From: Antedon mediterranea | Taxonomy: Eukaryota; Animalia; Echinodermata | Direction of reading: 5' to 3' | Length of the DNA: 64,000 nucleotides | NCBI RefSeq assembly: GCF_964355755.1 | Contig: NC_092680.1 | Coordinates: 19,229,045 to 19,293,044, forward strand | Part shown: positions 12,197 through 22,500 of the stretch, one piece after another | Numbering within the stretch: the first letter of the stretch is position 1 | Layout of the letters: every line of letters begins with the position of its first letter | Program-made: the position numbers and the translations under genes | Notes under the pieces: generated by a model | Databases searched by the model: none | What the model was told of the DNA's origin: nothing | What the model saw: only the letters and a program-made list of their open reading frames with translations

Positions 12197-15001
12197 ATGA
12201 ATAAAAGGGCAAATAAATATCTAACTGGCTTCGACGGATATGGACGTAGTTTGAATAAGCGCGTTTTAGCAGATGATATTGAAATGGAGGAAGCATATAA
12301 AACTGCGCAACAAAGCGGAAGTGTTCCGTTTAATAGAACCAAAATTCTTATCCTAGGAGATCATGCTGCAGGAAAAACTTCAACTTGTAGGCGTTTACAA
12401 GGAAAGGAATTTCGACAGAATGAGCCGAGTACAATAGGAATAGAAACTGACTCCGTCAAAGCTAAAGTCACTGATGTTAACAGTAAATGGTGTCCTGTAA
12501 CTAATACACCTTTAGAAGACTACGAATGCTCTGCTGCTTGGTGGGCAGTATCACATGTGGTCAAACCCAATGACACAAGAACAAGATCATCCACCCGTAG
12601 GAAGCGGAATGAAAAACCACTGGTAGGACAGAGAGTCAAAGACATAGCTTACCAGGTGTTTAGTAATATTCCCGTTCTGATCACTTTCCTTTTTGGTGGA
12701 TTTACATTTGGGTTTGGGCTTGTTGCATGGGCATCCATAATATGTTGGATATCGGTTGTGGATGCCCACAGTGCATATCGGTTTGGTTCTGCATATGTGA
12801 TTGTATTGGTACTCGTAGATAGTGCCATTAATATAAATGAAGATAATACAATACATGAAGCTGAGGTAGAATGGACAGACACCGTGCATGCCACAATGAC
12901 AGTGTGTGCATATGGGGTGATTGGATTAGTAACTGGCACACTTATGGGAGCCGGAGGAAGAGCTGGTATTTGTATAGCATTCAGTATAATGGTGCATCCT
13001 AGACAGGAACTGTTTACTATTGCAAACGTTGCTGACAAAGTCACCATTTATAGTAGATCATATTTTGAAAATTCAATTTTAATATTATTTGCTACTATAA
13101 TGCAAAGAAATGCTCATTCCACGCTATACACATTCAGTCGAAATAACCGTATTCTTCTATTGATGGTGGTTGTGGCGCTTCTCAATCTGTTATTTTTTAT
13201 TGGAAAACACTATTTCCAAAATATACTTATTTCTTCTTGTATTGTAGTAGCTGTTTTTTGTACGGGTAATGGTGTTATCATCGGACGATACTGTCGTACT
13301 TATGGATATATACCTCAGAATTATATACTAAAAAAATCTGTTGGGTTTATTGCCGGGTTGTTTATTGCATATTTCTGCGATTGGCAGCTTGTGTATTTTC
13401 AATTTGAAAATACGGTAAACACCTTTGTATCTCTGTTGATTAATATACTTGCTATTGCTTTACCGATTTTTGCATTTCTTCTTTACGAATGGTTTACATA
13501 CATGAAAGTTAAACACACAACGTCTATTCCAATAACTCATGTTTACAAGTCAATACAAGCAGTCCTTCGTAATGAATCTGTTTTGGATGCTAGGCTTAGT
13601 TTATGGGACTTTGCTGGACAAGAAATGTATTATAACACACACCATCTGTTTATGCCTAAACAAGGCGTATATATGGTAGTGTTCAATACAGTCAAAGCTG
13701 TTCTAAATCCAGAAAAAGAAGTTAAACGACTCGGGTATTGGCTTCAATCTGTAGCCATGCATGCAGAAATAAAAAATGTTGTAGTCCTGCTTGTTGGAAC
13801 TAGAAGAGATGATATTAAGGACAAGGCAGATCTTCAAGCATTTATAAGACTAGCTACTGATCATCTTTACAACCGATTTTCAAAACTACTTGTATTTCAT
13901 CCTTTGGGAGAGTTATTCTTTTTTCTTGAAAATACATTGGACATTGACAAAGAACAAAATGTATTACGTAAAGTTATCTTTAGTGAGATTAATAAGCTAC
14001 CATTTTTTCAAAAGAGATTCTCAATCAAGAATCTCTTATTTAATAAAACGTTGTATGAGCATCGTCAAAGAAAAAGCCTAATTGTTAGCTTAAAAGAAAT
14101 ATCAGAAAGTGAAATATCAACATGGACATTTAATGAGTTGCGTCAATTGTTAACTTCTTTCGACAGATTTGGGGAAGTTATTTACAAGGATCATGATGAG
14201 TTACTTCGTAAGTATGTAATCTGTGATCCTCAACTATTGGTAGACTTTCTTAAGTTCTTGGTGAACATTCCAGAACCTCACAAAAGAAATCGAGAAGTAG
14301 CCGATTGCTGGCAGAAACTAAAAGAAGAAGGTATTGTTGATAGTCGATTACTGCAACATATCTGTCGACTTCAAGGAATTTGGGCAATGTATCCTTACGT
14401 TATTTCTTTTTTAGTTGGCACACATTTGTTGTTTCCTCTTAATTTGTCCAATGAGGTTGAACCATCAGGTAGCTATTTTCTTGGATGTCGATTGCCCAAG
14501 ATTGCGTGTACTTCAACAATCTGGAACAACGAGGATGAGTCACAAACTATATTCTATTTTGACTTTAAACATATTTTAACAGAATTCATATTTCTGCGGC
14601 TTGTTGCTAAATGTTGTGAAGAATTTACGTGGGATAAGGTTTATTACAATGCAGCAAGAATTAGAGCCAGTAAGTCATGTCTTTTTATGATTATGACCGA
14701 TACCATTTCTGGAAAGATTGAACCGTGTCAGAGAAACCTGATAAAACTTGCCATACACAATGATGATCAATCACAGGTTATACACGTCTTGCAAACAATA
14801 ATAACTTTTACTCAGGAGATAATCAACAGTGCATTTAATTCTGATCATTTTGAAAAGAATTACACCTATGGACCTCGGTGTAACACATGCAGTTCCGTAG
14901 ATGACACTTTGGCTTTGGTGAATCTCGTATCACCTGGTAATGACGTGTCTTCGTACGTTGGACGGCTACAGACCAGACCATTACCACAAGATTTCATTTG
15001 A
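12197..15001 (+). CDS. Roc-COR GTPase with multi-pass transmembrane insert, copy B (C-terminus frameshifted)
   Basis: 934-aa ORF with the same G1-G4 motifs, TM insert and COR region as copy A. A 4-nt insertion at ~14954 shifts the frame just before the conserved donor at 15008/15009. The homologous terminal exon 15606-15644 (FRFTCTRSEQQC*) is intact but lies after the stop. Confidence 0.85.
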   Translation: MNKRANKYLTGFDGYGRSLNKRVLADDIEMEEAYKTAQQSGSVPFNRTKILILGDHAAGKTSTCRRLQGKEFRQNEPSTIGIETDSVKAKVTDVNSKWCPVTNTPLEDYECSAAWWAVSHVVKPNDTRTRSSTRRKRNEKPLVGQRVKDIAYQVFSNIPVLITFLFGGFTFGFGLVAWASIICWISVVDAHSAYRFGSAYVIVLVLVDSAININEDNTIHEAEVEWTDTVHATMTVCAYGVIGLVTGTLMGAGGRAGICIAFSIMVHPRQELFTIANVADKVTIYSRSYFENSILILFATIMQRNAHSTLYTFSRNNRILLLMVVVALLNLLFFIGKHYFQNILISSCIVVAVFCTGNGVIIGRYCRTYGYIPQNYILKKSVGFIAGLFIAYFCDWQLVYFQFENTVNTFVSLLINILAIALPIFAFLLYEWFTYMKVKHTTSIPITHVYKSIQAVLRNESVLDARLSLWDFAGQEMYYNTHHLFMPKQGVYMVVFNTVKAVLNPEKEVKRLGYWLQSVAMHAEIKNVVVLLVGTRRDDIKDKADLQAFIRLATDHLYNRFSKLLVFHPLGELFFFLENTLDIDKEQNVLRKVIFSEINKLPFFQKRFSIKNLLFNKTLYEHRQRKSLIVSLKEISESEISTWTFNELRQLLTSFDRFGEVIYKDHDELLRKYVICDPQLLVDFLKFLVNIPEPHKRNREVADCWQKLKEEGIVDSRLLQHICRLQGIWAMYPYVISFLVGTHLLFPLNLSNEVEPSGSYFLGCRLPKIACTSTIWNNEDESQTIFYFDFKHILTEFIFLRLVAKCCEEFTWDKVYYNAARIRASKSCLFMIMTDTISGKIEPCQRNLIKLAIHNDDQSQVIHVLQTIITFTQEIINSAFNSDHFEKNYTYGPRCNTCSSVDDTLALVNLVSPGNDVSSYVGRLQTRPLPQDFI

Positions 15002-15131
15002 TCCCAAGGTATGTAATGTTATTACTACATTATATTATCTATTATATTAATCAATTAGAATTAACTACTCTAATGTTTTGGTTACTGTGTATTATGAAAA
15101 ATGCTCTTAATGGCTCAGCAATGGATGCAAC

Positions 15132-15548
15132 CAAAGAATATAAATAGGTAAAGAATCAACAGTACGCGCTGTTATACATAGAAGGATAGGAAACGCGGAC
15201 GCTTATTCATGGACGCGTAAGAATCCAGCAGCCGAACGACGGCGGGCTCTAGATATGGTTCCCGTCTAATCCCACGTTTCGATGTATCGTGATGATCTGA
15301 TGTGTTCTCGCGTCTGTGCTCTACTAATTTTGATATTATTAATATTTTGATAATTATTTTGATAAATAATCATCGTTTGCATTTTTATAGATATTTACAA
15401 TAAAAGTTTTACCTTACCCACGCCTGAAGGTGGCGCACCTCTTCTAGAGAAAAAGAAATGCGCCACCTTCAGGCGTAGGCAAATAGTAACCCGGATGTGG
15501 TTTACACCGCCAACGGAACTGTTGTATCTTCTCCTTTTATTATCTTTG
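15132..15548. mobile_element. Non-autonomous DNA transposon with CA..TG termini and 7-bp TSD (P-element-like), containing an internal hairpin
   Basis: Imperfect TIRs CAAAGAATATAAATAGG / CCTTTTATTATCTTTG, with ATGCAAC repeated at 15125-15131 and 15549-15555. Superfamily assignment is inference. Confidence 0.65.
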
Positions 15549-16723
15549 ATGCAACCTAGATATTTTTACAGTCCTATAATACTTATTACTATTCTTTTGT
15601 TTCAGTTCAGATTTACGTGCACTCGAAGTGAGCAACAATGTTGACAAGACAATCTTAAAATTAAAGAAGTGCTAACAACTCAAAAGATAAACACAAACTA
15701 TTTATCCATTTGAATTACTTTTATTTTAATTAAAACACGTGAAGTGAATTAATAGGTTTGTAAGATACGGTTGTAAATACAGTGCCTTGTATATTATTCG
15801 AAATATTACCCTATTGCCAAAACACAGTAATATGCAAATAACTAATATGCATGTACTCTGGTTTACAATCCTGGTTTAAACTATTGGGTATTTTGTATCT
15901 TGATCAGAGGAAAATATACAGAATTACATGCATATTTATAAGAATACAAATAAAGAGTAAATTCCTACTCTTAAGTAAAACGCTGTTATTCAATCACTAT
16001 CATCAATCAATACAAACAAACAAATCTGCAACAATTCTTTATCAAATGATTTTGTTAATGCAATGTATACAATGATAAAGCTACAACAAATATGCTGAAA
16101 TTCCAGTTTGTTAATAAGTACATGAATGAGGGCTACAAAGCAATATGTAATGTAAGTTACATTAATCAATAATGATAATAATAATAATTATAGAGATAAT
16201 AATAATATAGAGAAAAACATAGAATAGATATTGATAAGTTCACCAAAAAAAAAAAATTTGCACGCGTATATTTTACCGTAATTGTTTGGCAAGAATTGAG
16301 CTTTAAGATGTGTCTTTACGGTGGTGGATAGGCCTACCAAATGTTCCGGAATTTTCTTAACTGACTTTATTGCCTGAACGGTATTCTTCAGCGAGCTCTT
16401 TATACCTTTAACGCTGTAACTCTTTACAACATTCTTGACAGAATTCTTTGCAAGTGATCCTGCAGCTGCCTTACTGAACTGATAGCATTGACACCTGATT
16501 TCACTCCCTGCTTGACGGCAGTCTTATCTGCATTCACACAACTCTTGTCTCTTGGCTACAACACTTCTCCCACATTCACCTTTGTTTTTCCTCAAGTCTC
16601 CTTTAAATTGCCTATTTTGCCTTTTTGATTGAATCCCAGTAAGCCATAGCTTCGTTATGAGCGGCAAAAATATCAATGAACCACCACATCATTTAGTACC
16701 ACTATACGCTATACATTGCCTGA

Positions 16724-16903
16724 AGCTTGGTTCCCACTAGAACGTAACGCAAGGACGTAAACGCAACGCAAGCGTTTTAACCAATGACAAGCGAAGTTAT
16801 AGACAGTTAGCAATCACAAGCGAATAAGCCATAGCTTGTGATTGGTCAATTCACTTGCGTTGCGTTACGTCCTTGCGTTTGCGTCGCTAGTGGGAACCAA
16901 GCT
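16724..16903. mobile_element. Harbinger-like MITE (palindromic)
   Basis: TIR AGCTTGGTTCCCACTAG / CTAGTGGGAACCAAGCT, long internal inverted repeats, TGA/TTA flanks. A partial copy lies at ~46876-46935. Confidence 0.8.
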
Positions 16904-18940
16904 TTAGAATACTATCTATTCAAATAATACAGGTATCCTATTTATAGTTCTTATTATTGTATTGTAATAATATGCATAATTATTATAGTTATGTATGACA
17001 AAGATAAAATAAGACCTTATAAACATTAGGCCTACATTAAGTAATAGGCCTATATAAAAATTATAACACTTATAATGATGTATATCTATTAGATCAAGAA
17101 TGTCTATATTTTTATTCAAACCTCGTATCTCCTTTTTGCTGAAATTGAATTAATAATTAATTATACTAATTGTCGAGGAGTTTTAGTTGAACAGCCGAAT
17201 CAGAAAGTCAAAAAATGTAGAGTTTTTTCAAAACAAGTTTAGGCTACATGCTACATGATCTTTGATGCTACATTTGGGAATTTGAATGGTACAAACCGAA
17301 ATCATAAATCTTAGAAAAAGTAACCAAACCCCGTCCCATATATGTGATTTTTAAATGTGAAAGGGTGAAATAATTAAAAACTTATTTAAAAACAAAATGT
17401 TATTCAATAGACCTCCTAATGAATTTTGCCATGCTCTAAAGTTATTTTACTTTATACTACGTAGATGAAAATACTTGCTTCACAAGTAATTTTCGGGTGG
17501 AATTCGAACGAACGTATGCTTATATGAGCGCCATGCACATTTCAGTGTATTCTCTCTAATACAAAGTTTTTTTTTTACAATTTGTGCCGTTTTTCGGCGT
17601 TTCGACGAGTTGATTTCCATGGTTGGTGGCGCTATTCACGCATAACAAAAAAGCACACACATCGGATTCTGGAGAAAGCGTTTGAAATAGCAAAATTTAA
17701 TTATACAATAAAGGTATGTATCTCTATATAAATCAATATATTTGAGTATTTAGAGGATTTAGGACAAGCTAAGGTAACTTATAATATACCGTTTACACTT
17801 TGTTTCATATTATGTAGGCTAGTTAGGCTCTATTAAATAGAACCAGCTAGGCTAGGCTGTTTTGGTAGGAAGGCGATTAGTTAGGCCAACAAAGGAACGT
17901 TTCGGACCGAGACGATTCGGCCCTAGCCTAGCCGTTTCAGCCCATTTAGGAGGTCAGCTTTGCGATGATATGCATTTCTTAATGCTGATTTAATGGCTTA
18001 TACGCTATACATACAGTCTAGTCTTATCGATAGGCCTAACCACCTTACTACAGTACTACTACTAGGCTAGACTTGAATTGAAGGTTTGCATTGTGAACTG
18101 AAAACTGAAATAGTCTACTAGGCCTCTAGTAGGCATATTAAAATATAATTGATGTTTTTCACATGTTTCACATGTTTTATGAATTGTCTTCTTTTACTAG
18201 TTCAAGTAGATGTTAAAGTGATTTGAAGGAGGTTTGAAAAATAAATTGATTGTAACTAGGCCTAGGCCTACACCTTTGCAATGGTGGCACACGATCATAA
18301 ATCATGTGTTCTTAAAAATAAAGATATAAAAAAAAAACAGCTACAAAATCAATGGGGTGAACCTAGAAACAAATATATACTTTACTTATTTTAACCCACC
18401 TACTGTATTCGATCTTGTTAGTCACACATCACTGAGATATTCCACAATTAGGTAGTTTAATAACTAATAATAGATAAATTAATAAAAAATAGTAGTAAAA
18501 TAAATGATAATAACTTACAGTATGAAAATTAATGATAACTGAAATGATCAACTGCAAATGAGGTTTTGTAGTTTAGCAATACCTGACAAGATCAAATGTC
18601 ACTATTTAATAATAGTTATTTTTTTCAATAGAGAATTTTAGGTCAAAGGGGTATCCAGGAATTGCTATTGAAATAAAAGCCAAGCATTCATGCAAAGAAA
18701 AGTGCAAAACAATACTTTTCCTTTCTGTAACAACAAAATGCACATATTGATGGACAACATTAAGCTCTGACAAAAAAAATATGAAGACTAAGTTTGGTGG
18801 CATGTACTGTACAAAATAAAAGAAATAGTGAATTATACTGTAGAACTCAACACAAAAACTTGATTTATACATAAAAATAAAATATAATAGATAATTATAT
18901 CTCAACCGTAAATTGTAATAGTAAATAATTATTATGATTT

Positions 18941-18980
18941 ACCTGACGTTTCGCCAACTATCACTTGGCTTTCTCAAAGT
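18941..18980 (-). ncRNA. Degenerate minimal hammerhead-ribozyme motif of a Penelope-like element end
   Basis: Minus strand ACTTTGAGAAAGCCAAGTGATAGTTGGCGAAACGTCAGGT: variant core UUGAGAA, stem II GCCAA/TTGGC, GAAA, palindromic ACGT and a GUC cleavage triplet. Confidence 0.5.
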
Positions 18981-19517
18981 GTAGTGACACGTATGTCACT
19001 GTTGACCTCTAGATGATGGTGTCAACACATTGGTCCACACTTGACTGAGTTTGTAACCGAATTCATACATTTTTTTTTGGTTACATTTAACTATGTTCAC
19101 TGTATTTGAAGGTAAACTTAAAATATTACTGATACTGTATTTAAGTATTGATTTTCTTCCTCATTTTTGTTGGTTGTTTTTCCTCATGCAAGATTTGTGT
19201 CAGAAATCCATCAGAAACATTCTCAGAAAAGAACTAAGCATAACTTATTTCTTTATTATCTATTTTTAGTTAGTGAAACACCAGAGCATATTAAAATTTA
19301 CAATAAAATATTAGTTTTCTATGGAAATTAATTACTTCAAAATAACTGCAAAATCTCCTATTCAAAGTCCGATTTTATTAATTATTTTTCATGTTTCTTT
19401 AATATTGTGTACAGTAATATACTATTATTATGTTATTGTTGTTAATTATATTAAATATGCTGTATTTCTGTATATTTTATTTAGATCTGACGGGTGCAGT
19501 ATGGTGACAGTATAAGA

Positions 19518-22500
19518 ATGGTTCAAAAAATTGCTTCTGGTAAGGAGTTTTCTAACTTATGTAATGACTATGTGACAATAATATTTGTGTTTTATATTCA
19601 AAACAGTAATAAAAATGAAGAGATTTGAAAGCTGAAATTCACATCTTTTTTTTTATGTTGGATTGTACGTAGTATTTTTAGCATATTCAATTTCTTGCAA
19701 AAAGTTAAAATATTTTCACAAGAAATACTCTGCTTGTTTTATCAGCTGTACAACATATCAAGGATAGGAACTTTGTTAAAGGTATTTACAACCGTGCCCG
19801 TCGTACCCTCCCACATGGTTTAACAATTGAGCCCACTGACACTCATGTCACAAGAACAGGTGTCTGGGCCCAAAATATCTTCTCGAAAGGCTGTGTGTTC
19901 GGTCCTTATGAAGGCCCAGATGGTATCGCAATAGAAGAATGGAAGGTAAGAATCTTAGTGATAATGCACTGTTTTTAAAAATTAGTCCATGCTTAAAAGT
20001 ATTAATTAAACATTTTCTGGGAATGAAATGCACTTATTTCTCTTCTATATAAATATACAGTAAGGTTCTAGCTCTACTAAGTTTAAAAACATGTTGTAGG
20101 GTACATAAAACATCATATAAACATACTTTATAAAGTTTCGACCTTGTATAATGTTGTATGTTTGTTTAAAGTATAGGTTAATAATAATAAAGAAAAAAAT
20201 AATATTAATACATTATTTAATACTATTTGCTTACAGGATTTCCAGGAATCAAAAACTTCAGAAGATCTTGAAAACCAGTTTAATGAGCGTATGTGTAACT
20301 GGATGATATTTGTTAATAGTGGTAGAAATCGAAAAGAAACCAATCTCGAAGCTGTCTTTTACGACGGCAGCATTTTCTTTCGCACACTGAGAACGATAAA
20401 AAAATCTGAACAGCTTCTTGTGTCCCGCTCTGATGTTGAAATCGTCAACTCTGATTGCACTAATGAAGAAGAAGCTCTATCACAGCCGGTTCATGTTACT
20501 ACACAGAATAATGACAAACGTCAGCTGGTGAACCTAAGTACTGCTACTGAATTGAAAGATAGTTCAGAAATTCTTGGTAATGGTAAGAAATAATGATTTT
20601 AATTATCATAATCATCTTTTTTTCTTTCATGAAACCCAATCAAGATTAAACAACCAGATACACAAATTTCCTGGGAATGAACTGCTCTTCCTGTTCCATT
20701 TAATTCTATACATGTATAGTATCACCACAGAGTAGGTGGCCTATTCAGATTACCCAGAACACAAATATATATGCTGTAAATATGAATTTTCATGTAAATG
20801 ATCATTTTGTATATTTTAAATCACTATTGATTTGTTTTATTTCTTTCTTTTAGATGAAGAGCTTAGTTTTGATCTTACTGAGTATCTCCAACAAAACCAA
20901 ATAGAATTGATTGAGAAATCTATGAACTATGAACCACGTAATCGTACAGAACCAGTGCATTACAAAGGAACCTGTCCACCAGGAAAAACCGTCCGTGGAA
21001 ATGAGCCTTACATGTGTGTACAGTGTGGTGCACAGTTTGCTCAAAGAAGTGCCTTGATGAAACACGAAAACACACATATGGAAGATTTAGGCCGGTATAG
21101 GTGTACCTACTGCGGGCGCGTTTTTATTCAGAAAGGATCCTTACAAAAACATGAAGAAATGCACACTAACAATCAGAAACTAGCTATTTGTAAAGTCTGT
21201 TCTGTTTGTTTCGAAGGCCAGTCTGATTTGGCTGAACATTTCAAAATGTTTCATAGCTCAGAAGTAGGTAGAGCATTTCCTTGTTTTATTTGTGGAACTG
21301 GCTTTACTAAACTGGGTAGCTTACGGGCACATCATAGGTTAAAGCATGGCGGAAAGTATTTGCAAAACTGTCGCTTCTGTATGAAAGAATTCAGAAGTAA
21401 ATCATATTTGGATACGCATGAATACCAGCATCTTTCTGATAAACCCTTTGCCTGCCAGTTTTGTAGTTTTAAATTTCAATCCCGATCAAAGCTTATGAAA
21501 CACATAAAAGGCAGGCATAAAGAAATAATCGAGTCAACTGCTGCATCTGAAAGAGAGTCTCTTGTCTGCTACTACTGTGGCTACACATTTTCAGTACACA
21601 GCCAGTTCATCAAACATGTAAAGTTATGCAAAATCGGCCTACCGAAAGATTATGAATCATCAATTTGTCCTGCTTCTACAGAGAAGTACAAATGCCTGGA
21701 ATGCTTTCTGCCACTCCAATCAAGTAATGCACTTCAAAGGCACATGGAACAAGAACATACAGATAGACCGCATAAATGCAGTGAGTGTTTTCAATCTTTC
21801 AGATTAAGATGCCATCTTAAGAATCACATGATGTCTCACAAGCGGTATCCACATTCTTGCTCCACATGCAAGAAATCATTTAGAGATTCTTCTGTGCTAA
21901 AACATCATAAGTGTATGCTAAATAGTTACAAAGAAAAACCAACTCTTATCTGCCCCGTATGTCATCGAGGATTCTATGGTCGATCACAACACACAAGACA
22001 TGTAACATTATGCAAGATGGGTACATATAATAAATCAATGATTTATAGAATGAAGAAGCAACCAGTCTACTGTCAATTCTGCAAGGTATGTTTTTCTAGC
22101 CACAAAGAGTTGTTTGCACATGAACAATCTTGTGACGGCACTAAGAATTCAAATGATGAACGCAAGTCTTCATATTATGGATGTGGTCTTTGTGGAAAAG
22201 ATTTTGTTAGCTGTAGTCTTTTGAAGGGCCACTTAAATAGTTCGCATCCTGTGGAAAATGAAGAAAGTAAGCTGAGGAAACTAAAGTTGAATGTTTGCCT
22301 TGCCTGTAAACGATCATTTGTATGTTTAAAGGGTCTATCGCGACATGTCAACCATTGTCCAGCCTTGGGTAGAGCAGTTGTATTTACTGTTACTTCAAAC
22401 ACAAAGATGTATGGTTGCAGCATTTGCTCTCAGAAATTCAAAACATACACATTGTTTAGAAGTCATCGAATCAAGTGTAAAGGAAGAAAGAATTCTGGAA

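Noticed and set aside
6418-13047. Antisense ORFs 6418-6699 and 12649-13047 conserved between duplicates
   Set aside because: They are shadows of the sense-strand Roc coding sequence and have no independent motifs.
15606-15644. Prenylation signal at the C-terminal Cys (EQQC*) of Roc copy B
   Set aside because: It is not a CaaX, CC or CxC motif, it is not shared with copy A, and it currently lies downstream of the stop codon.
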